Shown piece by piece: positions 25,026 to 36,622 of a stretch of DNA of 64,000 bases. Positions within the stretch are counted from its first letter, which is position 1. Every line of letters begins with the position of its first letter. The notes beneath the pieces were generated by a model. The model did not search any database. It worked only from the letters and a program-made list of their open reading frames with translations, and was not told the DNA's origin. Source of the stretch: Gnetum montanum (Eukaryota > Plantae > Gnetophyta); the NCBI GenBank assembly GCA_015680685.1, contig MNCI01000651.1:2170509-2234508 (forward strand), written 5' to 3'. The position numbers and the translations under genes are program-made.

Positions 25026-26363
25026 GGTTCACGGCACGTCCCTAACATGCATCCACAATCATCAAACAAGTGAGCATGCACACTGCTAACACGGGGTGGG
25101 ATGTTGAAGTTCCCGAATGTAGTTCACGATGCTAAGAGAAAACCCTCAAGAATATGTGCAACACCACTGCCCCTGGCATTTTGCTAATCCTCTAGAGATG
25201 TTGTATAACATCCTACTGACCTTCTGGAGCTACTGCTACAACATCTCATCACCCTGGTAGTAGCTTCCATGTTTAGTGCTTACTACTAGAGTTCCAGTAG
25301 TATTGTGGCCCAGCCACAATGTTGCTATCCTTCGGCCCCCACCATCACCCAAGCACAAAATACATTCAGTTGGGCGGTGATTCCTGAGCACTTGCATCAC
25401 CGCAATTCCTAGCTGCCTCAGTGCCGACCTCTCCACCTAGATGCTGCCAGAACTATTGCTAGCTTTTCTAGTTTGGACGCCGAATGACTCAGCAACAACG
25501 TCTGTTGTTCCAACAATGTTCAAAGAAAGCAAGACCTTTGCCTTCATTTTGCATCATGGCTGTTTCTTCTAGTTTGCTTTCTTTTGTGTTTGCAAGATGC
25601 GTGTCAGAGGGGTGTCGGTCAGAGGTGCGTTTCATCACGGGAACAGGACACTACATCATTCCAAGGTGGTTGTCTCGACTAGCTTAGCCACTTCAGAGTG
25701 CATATCCTATCCTCCCCCTTAACCTCCTTTACCTCATTCTTTACTCCTACAACTCTCACTCACCTCTTTTACGAATTTTCCTGATGCTTGTAATGCCCTC
25801 CCATATGGCCGACTGCAAAGTCCATGATGTGCGTAATGCAACTCACCGCATAGGAAGCATCTATAGGTAGGTTAAAGCCCCACGTGGATGTAACACAACT
25901 CATCCTGGGAAAGAAACACTTGTCCTACGACAAGGTTGTTTGCAAATGTAAATGGAAGAACAACAAAAGAAAAAGAATAAAAGAGCAAAAGCTTGTGCAA
26001 AAAAAAAAATCGTGCCTAAAACAAATGACACATCAGTTGTTTCGTAGTAACCCTCTCTAAGCATTCTGACGAGAGGTCAAAGGTTAGCAAAAGAAAAGAT
26101 GACCATGCAAACAACTCCCTCACAAGCATTCCAATGAGGGACCTTGCTAAGTCTCATCTTTACCATTTTCTTGAACCTCCTTCTTTCCCCAGTTTAATCC
26201 TTCCTTTTTCCTTGCATAACCAATCCAACACTTTTAAGCATAGCTAAGCGACATCTTGGCGATTACCAAAGAGCGATGTTAGCATCTTGTCTTTCATGGT
26301 GTTTCATATTCTTTGTTAGCGTCTCTCAAGTCCATCCTTCAGATGTTGACAAAGAGGGGCCAA

Positions 26364-27505
26364 TGAAACACCCCAAAATTTCAAGCCCTTCTTGCTTCAC
26401 TAGGGTCTTGGAATTCAAGCAAGGGATTTCCACAAGTGCAGCATCATGACAGTTTGGCAAGAAATGAATGCACTGAGCTTAGATTATTCAGTTTGGCAAG
26501 TTTTCTACCTCCAGTGTTGACAGGCCCGACGGACTCTCCGGCCTACGCACCTAGGCAATTCACCTGGCTAACAGTCTATTCAGAAACCATGCTTGGGGTT
26601 GTCAGCGATGCTTAGGATGCACAAAACAATTTGGCAAGTTTTCTAGTGAGGAAATTTGCTACGCTACACTACGCTACGCTATGTAGCGTAGCAGGGCTCA
26701 AAAGATAGTTGCTTAGGCAACAAAATTGTTGCAGGACAAAGTGCTACGCTATGCTATGCTACGCAGCGTAGCACAGCGTAGTAAAGGCAAAATAGAAAAG
26801 CACAACTTACCTAGTGCTTCCAATGGCACTCGGCAAGCACTCTAGCCTCCAAAACTAGTTGCCTTATTCAACTTCAAGTACTTAGCAAAGTTTCTCATCA
26901 AAAAATGGTGGATTGAACAAAAGGCAGGATACGTTGGCTGCTACACTACGCTAGCTGCTACACTACGCCACGCTACATAGCGTAGCACAGCGTAGCGACG
27001 ATTCAAAAGTAGTAATGAGCCTCTCGAATGCAAGTTCAGCAAGTTCACATATCTCTCTTCACAAAAGGCAAAAGTTACAACTGTTAGCATAATCTGAGCT
27101 CCAACCAAGCATTTGCAACTTCAACACGGATCACGAATGAAGCTAGCTACCATGCTATGCTACACTATGTAGTGTAGCATAGCGTAGTGTAGCAAAAGAT
27201 GCATATCAAACCAAGTGTTGCAAAAGTTGACCTAATGTGCGGCGAAGCTTTCAGCACATGCAGTTGACTTCAATGCAAATTTCTTCTTCAAACTGGTGGC
27301 TACACTATGCTACGCTACACATAGCGTAGCAAGCTGCTATGCTACATTGCATAGCATAGCGTATCAGGCAGCTACGCTACTTCAATGTGTCCCATTCCTC
27401 ATTTGCATTTTTGGCATATTTGATTCTAGCATCTCCAATTTTGACAACGTGATTGCAATGTGGCAGGCTTGTCAATCAACTTTGCATGTCCATTCAGCAT
27501 GGACA
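26364..27505 (+). repeat. 3' LTR of the Tat element, truncated before the TATA/R region
   Basis: Homology to the 5' LTR stops at ...CAGCATGGACA (27505); unrelated A-rich sequence follows. Confidence 0.88.
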
Positions 27506-27959
27506 TGTCCTAGTTTGAATTCTTCTATGGACAAAGTTTGGGAAATGTAAGGCACATTGTCTCCTTAAAGTGAAATCATGGGTTGTTGGTTAATTAGGGG
27601 CAAAAGTGAATGGTCTTTGTTGAGATGATCTATGGGAGATCTCACTCATAAAATAAAAGACCTTGAAATATAAATGCTAAAAAATTGCAAAATTAAATAA
27701 AATAGAAAAATATTTAAATATTATATTTGTTTGTTTAAGAAAAACTAAAATTGCAATATATATAAAATCTAAACTAAAACAATAAATGTGGAAATTTTAG
27801 AAAAATAGATTTGAAGCATGATGATATTAAGGAAAATCACCTTACCAAAGCTAGAACTAGGGTAAAGGACCACCAAAACATGAACTTGTAAATAGGCCTT
27901 GAAGAAAATAATGAACAAAGATTGGTAAAACTAGAAAACTAATGGCTGTTCTAAAATGA

Positions 27960-28320
27960 GAAATAAGGGTTTCGGTAACAGAAAAAAAAGTTTTAGAAAC
28001 CTAAAAACAGAAATTTTCTACAAATGAAAATAGAAAAATAAAGGGTTCTAGTAATATAAACAGAAATTTTTAGAAACCTGAAAATAGGCCACTGAGAACA
28101 GGAATAGGAATGAGAGTAGAAAAAGAAAAAGCAAAAACAGAAAATAGAGAAATGAAAAGAGACTTTGGAACAAAAAAACAAAAAAGAATAGAAAAATAGA
28201 AAACAGAAAATGGGCTCTAGAATAGAAAAATAAAAAGAATTGAAAAACAAAATACAAAAAATGGGCTTTGAATAGAAAAATAAAAAGAACAAAAAAATAG
28301 AAAACAAAAAATAGGCCCTC
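27960..28320. repeat. A-rich degenerate repeat (GAAAAATAGAAAACAGAAAATGGGC-like), probably part of another TE
   Basis: Low-complexity repeated units; produces spurious Phe-rich ORFs. Confidence 0.5.
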
Positions 28321-28339
28321 CTTCTAATGTCAAAAGGGT

Positions 28340-31143
28340 GTTGATCCAGAAATCTTGATCAAGCAACAACACCCACAAAACTTGTTTTAAGAAACTATTG
28401 TTTAGGGCGCTTCCTGTATGGGTACAAAAAAACTAGGAAACGATCTCAACTAGAATGACAACATGACATTTGAACAAATAAAATCAAACTAACAATTCTG
28501 ACACAGAAATTTAAATAAATTGACCTTTTAAAATTAAGACTTGGCAAGAAAAGTGAACAAGATACTCATTGAACAAGCCAAGAATGCAAATTTTATGAAG
28601 GTTGTGAGTTTTTTTAAAACTCCAAATGTCTATTTTTCAAAAAATGCTTGAGAAAGAGTAATGCTCTCTATTACAAGGACATCAAATAAAAGGTGATCAA
28701 GCAAAAGACTTATCTCAAAATAAAGCGATATCTCAAAATAAAGCGATGATTTGATTTGGAAACGGATCGCTCTAGTGCGATCTTGTCTGATTGTGCTTGG
28801 GGAAAGCACACCTACTTTGACAAGGGTCCACCTCTGGTTCTTCCGTATGTTGACAGCTATGCCTTTTCTCCTTCTCCTTCTCCGCCCAGATTGGTTCTGC
28901 CGCCTTCCTCCCTCACAGAAAAAAAGATCCAGCTTTTCAAACACGATTGGGGATATATTGAATTTGAACCTGGTTCTTCCCCTTCCTGGTGCTTTCACTT
29001 CTTACTGTTACACTTCCACTTCTTACTGTTACACTTCCTGAAACTGCACAAAACCAGAAAAGTGAAAGCAAAACGCCGATAGACGAAACATGAAAGAATA
29101 AGCAATTTTAACTTATATATGCAAATGTGCAATTCTATCCGGGAATGATTACAAGAGGTTGCACACAAAAATAATAATAATAGTATGGACAACTACAATC
29201 TGTAAAATACAGATCCCATGATCAGAGGAAATCTTGCGCCAGATCATCGCATGCAGACGCCCATAACCATGCACGTTGCAAACGCCACCATCACTAACGC
29301 CAGCAGCAACATACGCAACAACATCCACCGGCATGAATGCAGCATCCACCGTGCACGCGCCATCAGCAGCAACAGCACCCTGTAGGCCCAAGCCTCACCT
29401 GCTTCAGTCGTTCCTGTTGCTTGCAACCATGCCTTCTTAAAACTCAGCAACTGCAGGGCAGCACCGACCATGCCGACTAACCTACCATGATGGCAGAGCG
29501 ATGAAACTGGAAACTAACAATTAACGCATATTTCCTCCAACAGGTCCCGTAGCCAGACCATAGCAGCGCACATTTTCCACAGGACATGCCAGCACATTCC
29601 CTGAAACATCCGTTTCTGAGTATGGTAACTCCGCTACTTCGGGGTTGGCCAAGCATGCCTTGCTTGCCGCTGAAGCAGTACAGGGAAAGTTGCAGATTCC
29701 CTACAACTTCTATTTGTGTTTTAACGGTGGAATCACCCAGTCAGCTGCGGATTTCCTGCAACTTCTATTTAGCGCCGGTGAATTTCACTTCTTCCAGCCA
29801 TCGTTGAGCAAGTTGCAGGCTTACTGGAATGTTTCTAAAACTTTAAAACGTAAAATGGCATAAAAGTTTTGAAAACAAATTAAAATGGAGCTGGCAAAAT
29901 GGCAATTTCCAGTGATAAACATGCGCGCTACAGACCACCGTTACTGCTTTTATTCACACTCGTTCTTCATTACTGCACTTTACCTGAAAAAAACGAGAAG
30001 AAAGAACGGAGTGGTAACACATGCAATGCCCTAGGAACGAAACAGGCAGGACTGCGCATGACCAAGCTCATTTCATTAACTTACCATCGCCTTCCCCTAC
30101 GCCAATCATGTTTAAAAATTGGCACAGCCTTCCCCCTACGCCAATCATGTTTAAAAATTGGCACGGTCTAGACCTATCGTCATATTACTATATCAAAGTT
30201 ACTAAGGCTAGACTGTCCTAAAGGTATCGGTTAATGGAAATTAACGGATGATTCAGAAGTGCGGTCTTTTTTTTGAACAGCATATATTAATGGCCCCCAC
30301 TCTTATATTCATTATGGAAACTGCTGAAATGACATTCTATTTGTAATACCAACTATAACACTAATTAAATGATATTCATTGGATCCAAACTTATCATTCA
30401 TGACCACCGCTCATATAAATATTTTGACAAAAGAATAATGGCCTTGAATTGAGAAACTCTATCTTGGCAGGTAGATTAAGTAACCATGGCCCCATGCCCA
30501 GCATGAGAGATGTTGTCATGAACTGGTGGTAATGCCAAAATCACAGTTACATTTACAGCTAGGGCAATAGAAGATGGTGAAGTGATCAATGAAGCAGTGA
30601 TGAAATAATTGCTAAAATAATAATTGATGCTTTTAAATAGCAGTAATGAAATAATAGCCCAACACCAAAACCTGATAAAAAATAGGCAACCATGAAATGA
30701 TCTTTGTTACAAGAAAGAATTGGAACTTGCTTGAATGTCATAATATCAGCAAGCAAAAACACACATTGCCATGGCAAAATAAAGGTAAAAAAATGTGAAG
30801 TAGTCCCTAGTGGTGTGAAAAATGATTCCTGCAACACCCACTTTTCCATGCTTGAGGCAGAGAAACAGTGGAAGCACCAGAGAAACATCAAAAACCATAC
30901 TCTAATACCATGTTAAGATATGAGAGAGCAGATTAAATAACGAAAATGGGATTCAACATCCCAGTCAATCGGGGGCCTATGATGAGGCACTTTCACATTA
31001 GCCCCTTAATCCAATTTATACATGATTTATTTATTTTATTTTCACCTGTGACAGAATATAATGGAAATTGCTAATATCGTATCTGAGAACTACGAAATTG
31101 TTAAGGAAGTTGAGAAAGGATATTTCTAAATACATCTCTAACA
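28340..31143 (-). mobile_element. Copy B of the non-autonomous copia-derived element (5' LTR 31143-30911, PBS, internal region)
   Basis: A 233-bp TG...CA LTR is followed on the minus strand by TGGTATTAGAG (30910-30900, iMet-like PBS). The internal region is homologous to 8180-10146. RNase H-like relic AAMVWLRDLLEEICVNC. Confidence 0.72.
30090..30165. repeat. Tandem duplication of ~38 bp (CCTTCCCCTACGCCAATCATGTTTAAAAATTGGCAC)
   Basis: Two adjacent near-identical copies, each with an internal GCCAAT/ATTGGC inverted repeat. Confidence 0.85.
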
Positions 31144-31644
31144 AGTTTATTGACATTTTGTACCCTGACATATTTTGCACATTTTGTGAGCTAGCTTTGT
31201 GCTTTGTTGGAAAAGTTTATTTGCTGAAATTCTTCGTTTATTCTTCTAAATTAATGAAATGGAAAGGAGTTATACATAAATGTGTGTATAAATGCAACGG
31301 CAGGCTTTCAATATTCAAACATTTTACGGAACATTTTGCCATACTGTCTGATTTATTTGGTGATCTTAGAGCGTTTGTTCAGCTTTCTTACTGTCTTCCA
31401 GTGTATTGGTGCATTTGCTTGCCACGAGCCCTGTTCAGTGTGGCCGGAGATCAATTTGTCAATCTTGAAATATGTTAGAAAGAAGAGTCTCCATTAACAC
31501 GGGATGAAATCACTGAAGTCCGTATTTGTTATGTTTTTATTTTATTATCGGGCATTCATTTTCTTTCAGTGAGGACTGACTTGTACGCATTGGTGCATAA
31601 ATTTAGTCTCTTCTGTATGTAGTTGCTACTGCTCTATTATTGCT

Positions 31645-31745
31645 ATGGACACAAGGCATCAAGGTTTACTGGTTGAGAAGAGCAGCCTCGACATATCTCA
31701 GAATCCTAATCAAAAGCTAGCTCAGTCTGCAGGCAGTGATGAAAG
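31645..31745 (+). CDS. Possible first coding exon of a host gene (MDTRHQGLLVEKSSLDISQNPNQKLAQSAGSDE...)
   Basis: ATG preceded by acceptor-like TTTCTTTCAG and TGTATGTAG. The open frame ends at a strong donor AAG/GTATGG. Further donor-like sites at ~31948 and ~32006. No homology recognised. Confidence 0.3.
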
Positions 31746-32149
31746 GTATGGAGGACTAGAGTTCATTAGAACAATTAGAAGTTGTTTGTAAATTAGCCTT
31801 GTCTTGTGACAGGCCTTCGGTTGTCCTGTGACAGGCCTTTGGTTGTACTATTGCAACCGAAAAAAACAAGAGCATGATTCATGCATGACATAACGGATTT
31901 GCTTTGTTTGCACGCGGAAGTTTTACAAGTATGCCGTCTTGTGGAAGGTAATTTTCTTATATAATGCTTAAAGGAAAAGTTTCCAGATGTGTAACTGGTA
32001 TGAAGGTATGTTCAATAACGTGCATGTATATGCTTCTTTTATAGCAAGTTGAACAAGTAAATTGAATCTTGTTTAAGCAAGCAAGGAGTTACAAGCACGA
32101 TTATTATTATTATTATTATTATGTATTTTAATGGAAAAAAAGGTAGTTA

Positions 32150-32663
32150 TTCAGGTGTGATCTTGATTAAATGTAGGTGTTACTAAGTAGCAAGATGTAC
32201 ATATGTATTCATTCTTGTAGAATAACAATGTAATCTTGGTTACTAAGTATGCACTTATGTAGCAATGTTTGTGGAAATTGCATGAAACATTGAATGCATA
32301 AATAAAATATTTAAGCTAGCTAAGGTGCTGCAAGGTTTGATCAGAAAGCTTGTCTTTATTTCTGTACACATTGCCGTGCTCAGGTACAACAATGCTCGAA
32401 TAAAGATGCATATCCTCAATGACTCCTATTGCAGGCACATTGGAAAATATTTTAACTCTCGAGAAAACAAACTACAAGAGCTTTGCTATGCTATGACAAA
32501 AACTATATGGAAATTGTGTGCTCAAGTGCTATATTTATAGGCTAGCACACCTCGCGATATTGGATATCTGACATCACATGTTGGGGCCTGATATCATGTA
32601 CCTAATATCAAGGCTCTGATATTGTGTATCTGATATCGAAGCTAGGAAAAACATTGTTCATTA
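32150..32663 (-). repeat. Partial Athila-like LTR
   Basis: 32328-32410 matches 41730-41810; carries the GATATC array and TATTTATAGG seen in the other family LTRs. Confidence 0.6.
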
Positions 32664-32719
32664 GTGATGCATGGATTTTTTTTATCTTTTTATAGTGATA
32701 AGTTTATCATTTATGCCTT

Positions 32720-35700
32720 GTGTTGGAGTGGTGATGGTTGTTGGCTTTTGTATATGATTAGGAGACATTGTTCAGGAAAGGAAGGGTGTTGCACTAAATT
32801 GGATTTGTGCTAGTTTTGATGTGCTAGTAGGTCCACAAGTTTTGTGGCCATGTGAGGAAATTGTTCTAAAGAAATGATGTTTCCAATGTTTTGGTTGAGA
32901 TCTACTTGCAGTATCATTTCTGTGTATGTTCACAGCACAAGTGACATTCTTTCATTAATGTTGTGACGTTGAACCTTCCTGTGTTGTTGGTGATGACATA
33001 TGGTGGAGGGAAGTATGAGAATATTGAGGATATGATGAAGAATGAGAGGCATGAGATGGTGATCTTTTAGAAGATGTTGCAAGTTGGTGATACTCGAGAC
33101 AGTGGTAGTAATGATTCAAGGTAGAGAAAGTGGAACTAGTCGAGGAAATAGGTTGTTGAACATAATATCCATACAAACTTGGCTGACAATAAGGGTAATG
33201 TTGGTTTGATGATGGCCTTCCCCACAATTGTGGGTTTTGCCACTATAGTTGATGATAGTGTTAAGGTTGGTAAGAAGTCCCATTAGAATAGTACGTTTGG
33301 TTGTAGAACTATGTAAAATTACCTTGTGAGAAAGGTAATTTCCTAGACATTTGCTTTTGTATAAACTTGGGATTCAAAGCAAAAGCCTAATACTCATGTA
33401 GATGTAACATGATTGGGCAATAGCCCTTTGGATGGTCATATAGGCAATTTCAAATCCATCATCTTCTTCTGTGGTTGAGTTTATAGCCTCTTCTTTTACA
33501 TCCATTTTTCCGTTTTGCCAATAAATGTTCCTACCTATTTCTTAGTTTGTTTTCCTCTTCTTGTTTTGATCACTTGATTCTTGTTGTGTTATCCTCTTCT
33601 CTACAATTTTTACATAAGTTGTAACTTTATCATTCATCAACTCCCACATCTTATCTATCCTTACTTCAAGCTAATCGATAGACTTTTGTATTGACAAGGT
33701 TCATTGTGAAATCACCTCATTGAGAACAACCTCTTTTTCCTCATCATAGATATGGACACTTTTCTTTTGAAGAGTTGGGTCCTAGTCATATTCCTCCACA
33801 TTCTCTCGTTTACATAGCTATCCTTCTTCTTTTGCCATCCACTTGATTAGCCTTTGTATCTGATGGTCTTTTAATTCATATAATTGACCATGAGCATAAA
33901 TCCCAAGGGTCTCTTTCATTTCACTACAAAGCCCATCTATGATGTGGAAAAGTTGCTCTTTTGGAAAGAAATCATGGTTGGGGCATCTATGTAGTAGTGA
34001 ATAGTATCTATCCAATGATACATCAGAGGTTTATGTTTCTTTCTTGTTTCCATCCTTGATTTCATTTCCTTAGGTTGGACACTCTTGCATAGGTTTGGTA
34101 TTTCTTGTTGAAGAGTTCCAACATTATGGAACGCCAATGGATTGAATTTGGTTTCAATGATCTATACCACACTTTGGATTTGTCTATTAGTGTCCTAGGA
34201 AAGAGCTTAAGCTTTTTCCACTCACTTTTAATGTTATGTAATATGCAGGCATCATGGAAGACTTGTAAATGATGTTGTGGATTAGAATTATAGCCCCCTG
34301 CAAATTTAGGGATGTTATTCATATCAAGCATTTTGATGTGACTTTTTCTTTGATTCCTATAGGTATTTTAATTGCCTCTATAGTCTACATCATGCTCATA
34401 GTGGCCAACAAGGGTTCACCATCATCAGACATGTCATGGTAAAAATTTCTATTTCTATTTTCCTAATTGTGACAATCTTGTCTATGCTCATTTTGATGTC
34501 TTTGATTTTGCCCTTGGTTTTAATTTCTATCTTTATCTGGACCCCATAGTGAAGCTCTATCTCTACACCCACATTCATCTTCATCAAAACTAGACATTGA
34601 AGAGGAAGAGGAAGATGAGGAACTGAGAAAACTGCCATGGCTTCTATAGTTCTCCCCATTGTTCCTTGATTTATCTTTTCTAGGTTTTGAGAAGGTCCTA
34701 GGCCTTGACGTCCTCCTTGATCTCAGACTTACTCCATCTCCTCTAGGATTGTCCATCTTAGATGAATGTAGTCCTTGAGTGTAGTAAGGGTGGTCATGAA
34801 CATATGAAACCCTTACATGAGGTTCATCACTCCAATTTTCTTCAATATATATCTCATTAGTTTTCTAATGAATTTTTTCTTCATACAATACATTATCACT
34901 TCCATGTGAAAGAGACATTGTTTCTAGTTAATGATGTGTGTGACTTAATATTTCCTAAAAGATAAATCATTAATGCATTTACAATGTTGTGTATAATATA
35001 ACTAATCTAGAGAGCTAGCACCATCCTTAATAATGGTGCTAATGATGAGTGGCAGCTACCCCTGACACCCAACCATACGAATCACAAGCATTCATGCACA
35101 ATCCAATCAAATTCCATGGATGGGACTAGTTGTAACATCTAGCTCATTATGCCTTGATCATAGTTCACTATCTTCTCACTTGGACTAGTGGCAGCTTTGT
35201 CACATATGATTTAGTTCAAAGTGAGGCATATGATAATTGATGTTGTTGCAACCTTATGCTACTCCGAATGATAATAGATAAATTAATTATTTAATTTAAT
35301 TAACAATGAAAAGTAAAGTCTAAACTAGCCTACAAGTGATGAGTGTTTGTTCCTAGCTTGTTATACATGTCCTAAACCCGCATATTCACTACTGGGATTA
35401 CCAAGCACTACGCTACTAGGTGAACCAAGCAATAATGTTGCTAAGATTACCAAGAGAATACATGTTTATGCTCAAACTTGGTCACACTCATTATGTCAAT
35501 TCATTAACGTGCATGGAAACATACATATTAATTAAGTACATGAGAAGTAAATTGGATGGAAAGTAAATCTAATCTAAGTCAAAGTACTGTAATGAATAAG
35601 AATCTTATTTTCATTCATGGAATGTGTCCAGGTACATTGCCACTTAAATAAGATGTCATATAACTAACTCAAATCCATACTACGGACATTCATTGACTAT

Positions 35701-35901
35701 TCTCTAAAACTACAAAATAAAAGTCCAAGAGTTTGGCTACTCTATTGGTAAAAAATGTTCAAACCATGAGCCCAAGTGTCATACTTATAAGTCAACATGC
35801 ATTCCATGATATTGGATATCCAACATCACTTCTTGGACCCCAATATTAGGTATCTAACATTGGATATCTGATATTAGAACCAAAAAAAATGTACTTCATC
35901 A
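32720..35901 (-). mobile_element. Athila-like element 5' part: LTR (35901-35043), degenerate tRNA-Asp-type PBS (35041-35024), gag
   Basis: LTR TGATGAA...CCACTCATCA on the minus strand; PBS TAGCACCATTATTAAGGA (G>A-decayed TGGCGCCGTTG...GGGA); gag IPKFAGGYNSNPQHHL...LKLFPRTLIDKSKVWYRSL. Confidence 0.8.
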
Positions 35902-36620
35902 GAAGTGAGCATTGTCATTTCTTATGTTCCCATTCTCCATACTTGAAGCATAAGTCTTGGATAAGCTACTTCCTTGATCATTAAGTTCCTTGCCTTGGTC
36001 ATTCTTGGCTTTTCTTTTCTTATCATTCTTTTTTTCCTTCTTGTCATAATTACCATATTTGTTTTTAGATTTGGACTTGAATTCCTTCTTCGATTTGGAT
36101 CCCTTATTCTTTTCCTTGGAAGCTTGTTTGCCCTTGTCTCTAAATCTAATTGGTTTCTTTTCTTCCTTGAGTGCTAAATCATAAGCCTCATCTTAATTTT
36201 GTGGCTCATAAAATGAAAACTCCTACTAATATTCCATTTTTAGAGTCCTAAGAAATATTGAAGCCTATTTGTACTCCTCCTAGTTTATCTTATCTTGATG
36301 GAATAGTTTATAAAATTTAAGGTAAAATTCCTTAATATCTTTGTTACCTTCCCTTAGGAATTTCAAATTTAGGATTTTTCTCTTTCCTCTAATTAAAATG
36401 TTCAAATTTTCTTCTCAACTTGTATTTCATCAAATTCCAATGTTTGATGGATTGAACATTTTACCCTTCATCCCATTGGGATTCTTTCTCCCACTATGTA
36501 GAAGCCATACCTTCTATGGATTTAGATATTGGTATCATTAATTTATTTAGTACCTATTCCAACTTAAATAAATTATTAAGTATCTTCAACCAACTTGGAA
36601 AAGCATTGGTATAATCTACA
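35902..36620 (-). pseudogene. Gag fragment of another retroelement between two Athila-like LTRs
   Basis: Minus-strand IKHWNLMKYKLRRKF-like retrotransposon gag relic followed by a Lys-rich stretch. Confidence 0.45.
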
Positions 36621-36622
36621 CC

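Larger units (their letters stand above)
10147..27505 (+). mobile_element. Tat/Ogre-type Ty3/gypsy LTR retrotransposon with additional archaeal-type RNase H; 3' LTR truncated
   Basis: LTRs start TGAAACACCC at 10147 and 26364. PPT AAAGAGGGGC at 26351-26360. Order is gag, Zn knuckle, PR, then RT-RH-aRH-INT. Left flank is CATGC, and the paralogous empty site CAAGCATGCCTTG lies at ~29650. Confidence 0.92.

Noticed and set aside
27993-28307. Phe-rich membrane-protein-like ORFs (also 1053-1289 and 35974-36177)
   Set aside because: Translation of A-rich low-complexity DNA, or antisense of Lys-rich gag.
30128-30170. Helitron 3' end (hairpin + CTAG)
   Set aside because: The stem is short, CTAG is followed by A rather than T, and no matching 5' end or RepHel relic is seen.
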